A stretch of DNA of 63,665 nt, the filler included, from Reticulomyxa filosa (lineage: Eukaryota; Protista; Foraminifera), in NCBI GenBank assembly GCA_000512085.1. It is 26 parts of 26 records of this genome, joined end to end, with 100 filler letters (N's around TTAATTAATTAA, not from the genome) between each part and the next. Parts side by side here need not be neighbours in the genome. Positions count along the whole stretch, not along the records: positions 40,146 to 41,891 come from ASPP01034289.1; positions 41,992 to 43,436 come from ASPP01010138.1; positions 43,537 to 47,288 come from ASPP01023286.1; positions 47,389 to 49,004 come from ASPP01003930.1; positions 49,105 to 50,980 come from ASPP01009445.1; positions 51,081 to 52,245 come from ASPP01009708.1; positions 52,346 to 54,152 come from ASPP01003272.1; 19 more parts are not named here. One strand, given 5' to 3'. Shown piece by piece: positions 40,145 through 52,401 of this stretch. The first letter of the stretch is position 1. Every line of letters begins with the position of its first letter. Made by a program: the position numbers and the translations under genes. The notes beneath the pieces were generated by a model. It saw only the letters and a program-made list of their open reading frames with translations. It was not told the origin of the DNA and did not search any database.

Positions 40145-41595
40145 NGAGACCATTGAGGTATCTCTGATATATCTTTACGTGGATATTTACATTTTATCAT
40201 ATCTAATACTCTTTGTTGGATTTCACAAGAAATGATTGATTGTCCACATTTTAATTCTTCCCATGCAATTTCAGATAAATAATCCATTTCCATTTCAAAT
40301 TTATTCAATATCTTGTAATCATTTAATTTGTTATTCAATCCATTTGACTTTATCCAATTCCATTTCATATAACTTTTCAACAATGTCCCATACAATTGTG
40401 AAAGAGTCATTTCATCCCATTTCTCATTATTTAGTGATGATTTATCTTGTCTTGATAAATAACAAAATAATCTCAAATACAAAGGTGTGTGACTCAATAA
40501 CTTTAAACTTTGATTATTGTTCAATTTTTTCATCAACAAATCTGACTCATTGTTATTTTTGAAATAAGCAATGATATAATTTTGAATATCTTGTGATTGG
40601 AATCCAATCACATTCAACATTCTTGGATTGTTAAGATATTCACACATTGCATTGGGTCGACTTGTGATAATTATGGAATAATATTCATTTGAAGTGCAAT
40701 GTTGCAGCCATGCTTTTAAGTTTGTGTTCTTTTCAATTTCATTTGCAATTTCATCAAATCCATCTAATAATAATAACAATCTATTCATTGAATGAATAAC
40801 GCATTTGGTGTCATTTGAATTCCATTGTGGAATATGTAATGCATTGATAATCATTGGCCATAAGTATTCAATATCATCATTACTTTCATCTTTTTTTTCA
40901 TCATTACTATTGTCATTAATGTGACGAAAAGGATTGATAATATTTCTCAAAGGGATGTGCAATAGATATTGGAATTGATGGCTCCACATTTGTTGATTTC
41001 CCCACAAATATGCAATTCTTTGAGACAATACACTTTTTCCACTCCCTGCTTCTCCTTGAATACTAATGTGACGTACTTTTGATTCATTTTCTTTGTCACT
41101 CCAAATATCTTGCAATTTGATATTTTCAGTTTGATTTCCATAGATTAATGAATAATCTAATGAATTTGGCCATTTTCCATTCTCTTCTTTATAATCTTTC
41201 TTTTTTTCTTTTTCTTGATTGTTGATCATTTTATCCTTTTGTTGCTGGAATTGTTGTTGAGTCAAAAGAGCCAGTCGAACGTAGCAAGTATCAATGGATT
41301 GTTCAGGGTCATCAAATAATGGAGCCAATTTATCTTGTGATTGGTAATGCTGCATTAATTTTTGTTTCGTTGTATCTAATTCTTCATCTTTATTTTCTTT
41401 TTCTGCTTCTGAAGTTTCGTTTGCATAAACCCTTTTTTTTATTTTTTCGTTTTTTTCCTTTACTCTTGCAGTTTCATATACAGGGACCTTTTCGTCTGTT
41501 TTCTCATGTTCATCTTGTGTTTTTCTTTTATCACTTTCTTTTCCTTCCTTTCTTGCAGTCTCAGGAATTTCTTTGTTTCCTGTTTGATTGCCCAT
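40145..41595 (-). CDS. NACHT (STAND) NTPase, N-terminal ~485 aa (3' truncated)
   Basis: Walker A GEAGSGKS, Walker B LLLLDGFDE, IITSRP, GF....I..Y, LSHTPLYL. Confidence 0.9.
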
Positions 41596-41991
41596 GATTT
41601 AACTTTTTCCACTTTACCGTTTTGAAAAAATTAGGAGGAAGGGACAGTTTAAATTTTTTTTGTAGTGTTTTTTTTTTAAGAGTTTTTTAAAACTAAAAAT
41701 TTTTCAGTTTGGATATTGAATTTCATTATTTTTGAGTTGATTAATATCGAGCTAATCTTACGTCTTTCAAACAACAGAATGTAGAAGAAAAATATGTGAG
41801 AAATGTTGCAGTTATGTTTTTTGTAGATTAAAGTGGAGTTGGATGTTTCCTTAATTTTTAAGTTACAAGTAAAATACTTCGATTTACCGTANNNNNNNNN
41901 NNNNNNNNNNNNNNNNNNNNNNNNNNNNNNNNNNNTTAATTAATTAANNNNNNNNNNNNNNNNNNNNNNNNNNNNNNNNNNNNNNNNNNNN

Positions 41992-43400
41992 AAAAGTTAG
42001 TTATGGAGAATGAGAAAAAAAAAAAAAAAAAAAAACGAAACAAAATCTCTTCGAGCAAAATATTCTTCCAGTGACTGTTCATGGAGCAAAGCTCCTTTAG
42101 AAGCGTGTAATGATGACGATAACAAAGAAGAATTACTCTTCTTGACTTTGAACTTTTGCAACTTTTTGAAAGTAGCGGGGCTGAATCCTTGCTGCAATTC
42201 ACGGGAATAGACAGAGACATCCAAAGGCTCGGAATCCGAGTCGCCTTCAATGACAATCAACTTTTGCTGAAATTGTAATTGCGATTCGTGATTCGCAACG
42301 AGCGTCAAAGATTTGAAGTCAGCGCTTGTGTCTTGCTCTGCATCTGAATCGTTTCCAAGAACTCTGCGACCTCGTCTTCGTTGTTTAGTTGGCAAAAGTT
42401 CGTTCTCATTGTCGCTGTCAGCATTCTTTCTTCTTCCTTCTTCTTCTTCTTCTTCTTCTTCTTCTTCTTCTTCTACTTCTCCTGCTTCTCCTGCTTCTTC
42501 TTCTCCTCCATCTCCTTCTTGTTCTTGTTCTTTGTAACTTTTCATTTTGCTTTCGTGCGTACCGACTTCCGCATGCGCATTTACGTGCGATACATTCGTC
42601 GGATTGGACACGATTTGCTTGAGCCGTTGTCTCTTGAGTTTCATTTTCGACCTGGATTTCGATTTGGATTTCAATGGTATCAATTCCTTGAAGGGGACAT
42701 CTTTTGAAGTCGATAGTTCAGACAATGATCCATTAACTGTCGTCGATGTCGTAGTAACAGTAGTATTCGTTGTTATTGTTGATGCCGTTTCGATTTCTTT
42801 TTCTTGTATATTCTCTTTTTTAATCTTCAGACTCTCTTGCAATTCTTTTTCTTTTTGCTTTTTTTCTTTCCTCGCCTTTCGCATTTCTTCCAACTTGTTT
42901 TCATTTACAGTCCCATTCTTTTGTGACCTGCATTCGACCTCGTCCATCCATTGCGACAAGTGCTTTTCCGCCGCGGAGAACAGGCGATTCACGCTCTCTT
43001 CCGCTGTCAATGACGGATACGCCTTTGTCTTTGTCGCGCTCTCTTTCTTTATCTCCACCCCGCCTTTGAAAGGGAATGACTCATGTCCGGGCACTTTCCT
43101 GTCTACGCTACTTTTCATGGGTGACAGAGAAGAAAAATTAAATGAAGAGGAAGAGGAAGAGGAAGAGGAAGGAAAAGATGACGAATCGATTGTCTCTTCC
43201 GCTGTTGTCACTGTTCGTATAGGATTCGAAGTCATTAATTCGCGCTTGATTTTCGGAGTGGCGCAGGGCATCCCTACACCGGACCAGGCCATCGTATTAT
43301 GATGCTTTTTTGACTCGCTTTTCTTCAACATCGATTGATGCGCTGCTACTGTTTTTTTGTTCAATATCTTGCCCAATCGACGAGACATCTCGGAGTCCAA
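41992..43400 (-). CDS. Low-complexity S/E/K-rich protein fragment, function unknown
   Basis: 467-codon ORF bounded by intron-like poly-A/T at both contig ends. Confidence 0.6.
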
Positions 43401-44225
43401 ACATGCAATTTTTCCGGACGCTTTTTTTTTTTTTTTNNNNNNNNNNNNNNNNNNNNNNNNNNNNNNNNNNNNNNNNNNNNTTAATTAATTAANNNNNNNN
43501 NNNNNNNNNNNNNNNNNNNNNNNNNNNNNNNNNNNNTTTTTTTTTTGTCTAGATTATTCAAATAACAAAAGTTTGAATTTAACACCTTTCTAACGAGTTT
43601 TCAATTTTTCAAAAAACGGCTTACTTACTCTTCTGCTCTTGCTAAATGTTGTTCTCTCACTAACAATTGTTGATCATTCAAACAGTTAAGTACTTTTTAC
43701 CCTCCTTGTACTCTTTTTATTTTATTCAAGTAATTCATCAGGAGAGCATTGCAAAATTTTATACTTTGGATGATCATTAATCTTCACGAGTTAAAATATC
43801 AATCTAAGTCATGGATGCAGAGTGGGAAAAGAGAAGAAGAGAACAATGAGAAATAGACTTTGCTCAGCCTTAGAGAGAGAGAGAGAGAGAGTTGGGTCAA
43901 ATTCCATTATCCGATTATTGAAAGGAGATATCATTCCATTCATAAGGATAATTATCAAAACCAACAATATGTTTGCGTTTAAACAAAAAAAAAGATAGAG
44001 AAATAAAAATTTTAGAGCAAATTACTAACGTTTCAAAATGATATTTATTCCACAAAAAATATTGCATTATGCAAAAAATAAACAAATAAAAAAGACAAAT
44101 ATTTTGTAAATGAATAATAAAAAAAATTAAACTAAAATAAAATATAACAACAAAAAAAAGTCACTACGACTTTTCTTAATTAATTAACTTTTTTTTAAAG
44201 TAAAATCAAACTTATTGACCTTACG

Positions 44226-44545
44226 ATGACACAAATTTCAACCTCTCAACGAAAGAAAGAAAAAACACAAGACATAGTGTTGGGTGATTACATAATGGGA
44301 GCGGCACTAGGAATAGGCGGTTATGCGAAAATGAAATTAGGAGTTCACAAAACAACTGGAGAAAAAGTGGCACTAAAGATAATGTTTGCAGACGATAATG
44401 GAAAAATGAACGAATCAAAAAAGAAGCAATTTCATCGAGCACTGAATTTATTGGCGAAAGTGGATCACGAAAACGTGTTAAAGTTGTTGTCTTATGACAA
44501 AGAAGCACAATACCCAGAAGTCGATGGCACGTATACACCATGCAT
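44226..44545 (+). pseudogene. Protein kinase N-lobe fragment
   Basis: YIMGAALGIGGYAKMKLGVHKTTGEKVALK..HENVLKL. No C-lobe follows. Confidence 0.8.
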
Positions 44546-44628
44546 GTTTATAGTTCATTTTTTTATTTTTTATTTTTCATAATCTAACAAATGGAAGACT
44601 GTATTTGTAACAATTTGCAAATTGCTTT

Positions 44629-44950
44629 GTGACAGGAGACACACATTTTAGTGCTGGAAGTTCATTCATTTATGGAGTGTCGATAAAAAATCAAATTGAG
44701 GCAAGACGAAGAATTGGATACTGTCCACAATTTGATGCAATCTTTGATCTGCTAACAGCATATGAACACTTGAAATTTTATGGAACGATCAAAAGGTTGA
44801 GGAGAAAAGAATTAGAAGATCAAATAAGAGTTTTATTGAAAGCCTTGTCATTGAGCAAATATAAAAACAGAAGAGCTGGAACGTATAGTGGAGGAAACAA
44901 ACGCAAATTATCTGCTGCTATTGCTATGATTGGAAATCCTCCTGTTGTGA
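44629..44950 (+). pseudogene. ABCA transporter NBD fragment
   Basis: RRIGYCPQFDAIFDLLTAYEHLKFYG..YSGGNKRKLSAAIAMIGNP. Walker A and B exons are absent. Confidence 0.85.
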
Positions 44951-45129
44951 CAAAAAAAAAGAAATGCCAGTAGTACTGTGACAAAAGTTCCACTCTTTCT
45001 AGTGGCTTTGGACGCGGTCCCTCTGTTCGTTGGAAGGAGATAATCATAACATACAAAGTTAACAAAACAATAACTGAACAATACACACAAAAACAAACAA
45101 ACTATATAGATACATTAAACATACAGAAA

Positions 45130-45720
45130 GATTGAGAGAGTGAGAAAAGTGATAAATCAGTTTGTGGAAAATGAAGGTGGAAAAACGAGTGAAATATTGA
45201 AATCAACAATAACAGGAACACTGAAACAATTTAAATGGATGGTTATTACAAAAAAGATTTAGAAGCTAGCATGCCAATTGGTAAAATGTATTATATATAT
45301 TTATTTATTTAAATAACAAACAAGATTTATTTAAAAAGATAAAAATGAAAAGGCGAATTAATAATGATGCAATTAATATATGAAGCAATGGCATTATGTA
45401 CAAGTATTGTGACAATTGATCGAAAAAATAAAAGCAAACCAATCCATATACGAACAATGGATTGGGGAATCAAGTTTTTGCAACCTTTAACAATTGAAAT
45501 TCAATTTACATTACAAAATCAAGTAATTTGTTATTGCACAACTTGGGCAGGATATATTGGTATTTTGACAGGACTCCATTTTAGTCGTTCCAAATTTTCC
45601 AAATCCATCGAGTGTGATAGTGATAGTGTAAATTTTCGTGTAACAGGACAAATCTTACAAAGGCTTTAAGTGGTAGTTGGCTCATTGGATTTAAACTGAG
45701 GGATTTGTTGATCACACCAC
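45130..45720 (+). pseudogene. Acid ceramidase/NAAA (Ntn hydrolase) fragment
   Basis: QLIYE..ALCTSIV..HIRTMDW..TWAGYIGILTG..SVNFR, then a stop. Confidence 0.8.
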
Positions 45721-47388
45721 ATCAATATCAACTTTTTAAGTTTGTAAAAATTAAATTAAGATATCAATTAAGTTTATCTTCCAACTCAAAATCAAATTCA
45801 TTTTTATAATATCCAATTGGGCTCCAAATTTTAAAAATTATATTTAAGAAAGTAATTTGGAACATTGCTTTTTATTTTATTTATTTAATTTTTTAAAAAA
45901 TCCAAGAATTAAATTTGTGAAAAAAAAAGAGTGTGACATAGATGAGTCTGAGTATTTTTCTTTTTTAAAGGTGCCTCCATAACGTAAAACATGATATGCT
46001 TTTCTTTACCACGAATTCCAGTTTCATAATATTTGGTTTCTATGAATGTGATGATATTATTAATTGGTTGATATTTTCATAAGAGATCCTAGCCGTCGAT
46101 TTGATTTAGAACTGGATTTTTTTATAAAATCAATAGATGAATTACCATCTTCGCTATGCTTATCATATATATCATTATTGTTTATTGTTATCTAATTCAA
46201 TTGTATTTTCTTTGAGATAACAATTTTTGAAACTTTTGAAGTAATTACTCATATTTTCTTGGTGATATTCCAATTTTTGCTCTTTTCTTTGATAATGTTC
46301 CTTCATCTTATTAATTTCTATTTCGTATAAACGCTACTTGGGTATTGCTTTCCTGAAATATCTTGCTTATTGGCTTGATGAAAATAATAGTGGTGAGAGT
46401 TGTTGTTGCATTTTTGTATTTAACTAAAGTTGATTGTGCTTGTCGTAAGTTGTTCAAGGTTTTTTTTTAATCAAAAAATTAAATAAATTTGTATTGCAAC
46501 TGTAGGGAGATTGGTTCTGATCAAAGCACTGTAATTGTTTACAAAAACATAATGTCTGAAAGACTTGAAGACTCCCGTTTAGAAAAGAATTTTTTTTGTG
46601 AAATCAAAATGGCAAATGAAAGGAAAGAAGAAAACAAGGATGTCGATGGACTTTCTGATGACATGGAAATGATACAAGGAAGAGGGGGACATGGCCCTGG
46701 AATAATGTCATCAAAGATAGAGTTTCGAGATATAATTCAAAAGTTTCGGGGCATTGAAGAGGATTGGAAGCAAAAACGGGTGCACCCCGCTGTGGCGACA
46801 ACAACAGCCCCAGGAACGGAAGTGCCTACAACCATAATACCAATTGTAAACAAGGGACCACTGCCACCAGCACCGCCTCGTGACAAACTTCCCAAAAAGA
46901 GAGAAAAGTCGGGTGCCAGTTAATCGCTTTAAACAAAACAACAAAGCAAACAAAAGCTTTTACGTACACTTTTTAAATAAGTATCAATTGAAATAAATGA
47001 ACAGTAAAAGTAAGTGCAGTAGAGGCAGGTTATGTAGCAGAAAAGAATCAAATGACAGAAACGATTCAAACATTGTCAAAAGAAGTGTCAAATTTGAAAT
47101 CACAAAATGAAGAGTTATGTATAAAATTAGAGCAAATGAAACAAGTATTAAAACAATCGAAAAACTATTGTCAATCATTAAATAACCAAGTTCAAGAATT
47201 GGCGTCTGAAATGCAATTCCAAAGTGAATTGCATCAACAAGTTTCATACACATATACATATATGATATATATGTATATGTATATGTATNNNNNNNNNNNN
47301 NNNNNNNNNNNNNNNNNNNNNNNNNNNNNNNNTTAATTAATTAANNNNNNNNNNNNNNNNNNNNNNNNNNNNNNNNNNNNNNNNNNNN

Positions 47389-47746
47389 TGGATCAAATGA
47401 TTTTAGTGTTCGTTTGTGGGATATTCGATCTGATCAACAAATTCAAGTGTTCAATGGGCATACAGATATTGTACGGTCTGTTGAGTATTCACCATTTGTA
47501 ATAAAGAATATTGATGGTAATTCGAATGTGATATGTTCTGGATCACATGATAATACAATTCGGTTTTGGGATATTCGATCAAATACGAATGAATTGTATT
47601 TGATCAAAGGAGATAAGAAAGAAGATAATGGAATATTTTGTCTTAAATTTATTGTATTGAAAAAGAAAGAGAAGACAAAGGATGTTAAATATGATTTGAA
47701 TTTGTGTTATGGTTCAAGTGAAGGTCCTATTCGTATTTGGGGATAA
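47389..47746 (+). CDS. WD40 repeat protein, C-terminal part
   Basis: VRLWDIR..FNGHTDIVRSVEYSP..ICSGSHDNTIRFWDIR..GPIRIWG. Confidence 0.9.
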
Positions 47747-48377
47747 TTTACTTTTTGTCAAATAAGGAATGAAAGTGTTTTTGTTTGAAAAGTTTGATTA
47801 AAGAAAAGTGAGTGCAAGCATTGAATATGTGTTTTATTTTACTTTGTTGTTTAAAAAAAATTGAAAAAGCTACATTCAATGTTTTTTAAAGAATTGAAAG
47901 CATAATTAATAAAAATTTTATCCAAATATCAAAATTAATTGCAAGATATTTCAAGTATTGTGTTTTTTGTATAGCATCGAATACGATGATATAAATCTTT
48001 GTTTCGAAAAACATACATTGATGATGAAATATATAAGTGTTTGGAGCAATGGCAAAAAATTAAAAAAATTAAGCAATTATGATTCACGTAGTGGTTGAAT
48101 TTGTGTTTGGGGATAAACATGCTACAATTTTTCTTAAAATGTTTCCAAATAAAATGACAAAAGATCAAATAAATAACCAATTAAAGCATTCATTTCTTCA
48201 AAACTCTTTGTTTTTCTTTAGAACCAAACTTTGGGCATTGGAAATTATCAAATTATTGAGATTTACTGTGAGAAAATAATATATTTGTCCAACTTTACTT
48301 AATTCAGGAAAAGTTAAATTGTTTTCCTGTTTTTATTTTGAGTAATGCAAATATTTCAGAGAAAGCAAAAGAAAAAG

Positions 48378-49004
48378 TTATGATTTTTTTCTGGCAAAAA
48401 TTATATCATATGAGGCAGTGTCTTGTGTCTCCATACAATACCATTCACCATTTTTACTTTTTCGAATCTCTCGCCGAACATCATCCAATATTTGTTTAAA
48501 TGGATATCCACTTTTGTATTTAGATATCATAACTCTTTTCATGCACTTACTCAATAATGAAAAATCTGCAATTTCATATCTTTGCGTAGTTGACCAAATG
48601 AACAAAAATTCACTATAATTATCTCCATGTAAATTCATATTTTTCTTTTCTTCTGTCTTTCCTCTCATTGTTGTATTGATAGTTGGAGTGTTTTCACCAC
48701 GACACAAATCCATGATAAATATTTTTGGAAGATCTTTGAAAGATTCCAATATATCACAACCAAGTGATTCATAAATTTCGTCAATTGATAAAGATTTTTC
48801 ATCACTCGTCACTAACATATTTCCATTCTCTCCGTGTCCACAAATAATCATTATCAATCCATCATATTTGTGAGTGTTATCATGAAGTTTATACTTTGCA
48901 GTGAATTTGGTCAAAAATGATCGCACATCTTTTTCTGTCATTTGTGGAGATTCATTGGTTACAAATGTATAATTCAATTCTTGTTCAAATAATTGTTTGA
49001 AATT
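48378..49004 (-). CDS. Caspase-like cysteine protease (clan CD, C14), p20+p10, 5' truncated
   Basis: DGLIMIICGHG (catalytic His), PKIFIMDLCRG (catalytic Cys), p10-like EFLFIWSTT. Confidence 0.85.
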   Translation of the reverse strand, partial: NFKQLFEQELNYTFVTNESPQMTEKDVRSFLTKFTAKYKLHDNTHKYDGLIMIICGHGENGNMLVTSDEKSLSIDEIYESLGCDILESFKDLPKIFIMDLCRGENTPTINTTMRGKTEEKKNMNLHGDNYSEFLFIWSTTQRYEIADFSLLSKCMKRVMISKYKSGYPFKQILDDVRREIRKSKNGEWYCMETQDTASYDIIFARKKS

Positions 49005-49956
49005 NNNNNNNNNNNNNNNNNNNNNNNNNNNNNNNNNNNNNNNNNNNNTTAATTAATTAANNNNNNNNNNNNNNNNNNNNNNNNNNNNNNNNNNNNNNNN
49101 NNNNAAAAGAGTATTTTTTCAAAAAAAAAAAAAGATATAAATAAAACAAACAGCTTAAATGTTTGGAAGTTGTAAACATTATGAAAGTGACCTCTATTTA
49201 ATCTGTGCATCCACGTTTTTGAAAAATTCGATCGTTTTTTTTATCATTGAGCCTTTCTCAAGCGTGCTTTGTTCTTTTATCGAAAAAAAGTGGGCATTAA
49301 AAAAAAAGAACTGCAATGAGAAATAAAATGCAGGAAACGTGCATAAGCATGAATAATATTATCCAACAAAACACAACATAAGCACAAGCTTTATGAATTA
49401 ACGTTCCGATAGAATACACAGTCATATCTTGCAAATCTCTCGGACAATCTCATCAACTGAACGCCAATGCTGTCACCAATTATTGGAACTGAGCATTGTC
49501 ATCACAATTGAGACGAATAGCTTCAAAGTACTCTTTGTTGGCTGTGGATTTGCTGTCAAACACGCATCGCTTGAATTGCGCACAGCATATGATTGTGCTG
49601 TGAGTGAGATGATGAAAATAAGACAGCACATCCAATCTTGAAAGTGATCAAAATTTGGAGCCACTTTCTACTAACTCGCCCAAGACGGAGTTGGGTACAA
49701 AAAAACGGAGGAATATTCTTGCAAAAGTGGGACGTGGAACAACACAAAGATTGCTTATCTTTTGATTTAAAGAAGGTTTATTTTTTGTTTTTTTTTTGGA
49801 GTTGAATACGCCATTGACACAACCCACAGTAAGATTTGTTTTAAAAAACTATTTTTTTAAAAAAAGGACTGTTTCCAGGCTGAGTGGAAAAACAAGATTT
49901 TGAAGTTGAGAATAAGCGAGAAAAAAGAAGAACGTCGAAAAAGTCCAAGGAAACGT

Positions 49957-50978
49957 TTAATAGGAAGGGGGTTTCGGACAATGTCCGGCCCAACGAATTG
50001 ATCGGCGTTTTCCGCCAACCAAGCGTGACAATTCGTCATCAAGTTCAATCGCCAGCATCAGCTGCTTGCACACATACACCACATATACATGCACATATAC
50101 GTACATTACATATACACATATGCATGCACACAAACGTGTGTACTACGAACATGTCTGGGGACAACACGTCGTTTGAGATTGTCTTTGGCAGCATTGCCCA
50201 TTAACTCACACATTTCAGCGACTAAATATTCCAAGACAGCGGCCAAATAGACAGCTGCAGACATGGACATCCTGTCAGTATATCTTTCCTCTTTCAATAA
50301 TCGAGCAATCTTTCCAACGGGGAAGACTAAGTTGGCCCTGGATGTGTTTGAGGTACGACGTCCATTTTGCTTTTTTTTTTTTTTATTTTAGAAAAGAAAA
50401 CAACAATAAACATTCCATAGATACATATATACATATATACATATATACATATATACATATATACATATATACATATATATATGTATATAACTGAAGGCAA
50501 CGCAGAACAGAATTTGTTGACCGCTTTTTGACCTTCATTCAAAGCATGTTTAGCCAATTCGCCGTTTAATATGAGTTCAGTTGCGACTTGGAAATGTTTA
50601 GGTCGGAGTACAGACACTTCACTTCGTCGCCATAATTCGCTGGCTTCGCGTGCAAGTCGATTGAATAAATCCCATACTATTTAGGTATACATACACAAGC
50701 GAGTGAATAAATTCATATTCTATATATATATATATATATAGAATATGAATTTTATTCATTTTTTTTTTTTTTTAAGAGACAGTGCAAACCAATAGTATTC
50801 ATAACAGCCGCACAGCGAAGTGTCATGGCAAACGGGGATGGACTTGTTTTAATACACGCGCCGTGTAACGTTCAAATCTTTCAAATGCAACCCTTTCGCC
50901 ACGGGTATTCGGGGGTTTTTTGGGTTTTACCTTTTTCTTTTTTCGATTTTTTTTGCTCCGTTCTTGTTCCCCGTTCTT
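49957..50978 (-). CDS. Fused H2B-H2A doublet histone, 4 exons seen, 5' end in the gap
   Basis: Introns 50677-50789, 50370-50491 and 50062-50150. Product: ..[57 protein letters not shown]|[62 protein letters not shown]|[20 protein letters not shown]. One single-base slip near 50830. Confidence 0.85.
50421..50480. repeat. 10-bp ATACATATAT tandem array in the intron joining H2B and H2A
   Basis: Direct read. Confidence 0.85.
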
Positions 50979-51310
50979 TTNNNNNNNNNNNNNNNNNNNN
51001 NNNNNNNNNNNNNNNNNNNNNNNNTTAATTAATTAANNNNNNNNNNNNNNNNNNNNNNNNNNNNNNNNNNNNNNNNNNNNCCAAGCGGCGCCTTTGACTT
51101 CTAACTTTTCTTAGAAACGAAGGAAACGAACTTGTTTGCACAGTCACCAAGTCTTTTTGAAACGCAGTATTAATCTTAAAACTAATGCCTGATTTGAACT
51201 CAATTTACTAACGAATTTACACTGCGTTAAAAACGTAGTAAATTAAATTGTTGATGTACTAAAGTTCAAAAAAGTATTCCTTATTTTATTTCTAAATCAT
51301 CAATATTGGA

Positions 51311-52245
51311 ATGGATGAAAAAAAACAAGAGGAACAACCTGGTTTGACTTGCTTATTTTTTGTTAATTGTGAAAAAAGAACTTCCATATCTTCGCATAAC
51401 AAATAAAAAAAGAAAAGGCAAAAGAAACAGCCGAGAAAGGATTGACAATAGACGTGTTTGTGGACGATGGAAGTTGTGTATCAAAAACATGAGTGTCATC
51501 ATGAGTTGATAAACTTTAGAAAGTTGAGCATGGACTCATTGAAAGAATTGACATACAAGGATGTAGTGAATGAAATAAAAGCACGATTTGGTGCTAAATT
51601 CGCGGGGATAATGGATGACAATTGTACAGTGAATGTAAAATGGAAGTTAGTTTCGTTCAAAGAAGCGCATGTTATATTGGCGGACAATAGCAAAGACATT
51701 CAAATACTAGATGACAGTTCATTGCAAGAAGAGTTTCTAGACGAATCTGATAGTGAAAATAGTAGTGACGAAGATGGATCGTCGACTCCAAAGAGCACTA
51801 TAAAAAAATTTCTCGTGCGAAAAATTGGTTAATTCACTTATTATATTACTGTATATGCATATATATGTACATACGTATACGCATGCATATACACTCAAAA
51901 TTTGGAGTTAGTTTTTATGTGATTGAAGTAACAGACATTTGAATTCTAAACAAACAAACAAACAAAAAAAAAAAAGTAAGGAGTTTACTAACCCGTCGGA
52001 AACAAAAGTAGATTGGAGTGGAGACGGAACAACTAGTGTTTTGTTGGAAGATGACGAATGACTCATTAAAGGTCATAGAGAACAAGTTGAAGAAGTATAA
52101 TGAAGAAGAGTTGCAATTGCAGAAAGTGACCTCGCAAACAATGTGGTGGTTTAATGTGTGTGTGACGACCTGCTTGCCATCCCCTCCGACCACGGTAGTG
52201 AATTCGCCACGACAAGTGAGTGGCGACAATGCGGAGGACCTGAAA
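51311..52245 (+). CDS. Hypothetical multi-exon protein (possible PB1/ubiquitin-like fold), truncated
   Basis: MDEKKQEEQP| then exon 51412-51827 (LTYKDVVNEIKARF..ILDDSSL) and exon 52011-52245. Confidence 0.45.
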
Positions 52246-52345
52246 NNNNNNNNNNNNNNNNNNNNNNNNNNNNNNNNNNNNNNNNNNNNTTAATTAATTA
52301 ANNNNNNNNNNNNNNNNNNNNNNNNNNNNNNNNNNNNNNNNNNNN

Positions 52346-52386
<41 letters not shown>

Positions 52387-52401
52387 TGCCTTTGTTTGTT
52401 G

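Noticed and set aside
42313-43302. Antisense ORFs (poly-S/F/L), also at 26759, 35290 and 37362
   Set aside because: Shadows of low-complexity or highly conserved sense-strand genes.
44995-45025. Helitron 3' end (GGAC-CGC-GTCC hairpin then CTAG on the minus strand)
   Set aside because: The stem is only 4 bp, the next base is not T, and it is opposite to the fragment orientation.
47746-49004. WD40 and caspase as an apoptosome-like unit linked to the NACHT gene
   Set aside because: WD40 and caspase are separate convergent genes, and the NACHT gene is on another contig.
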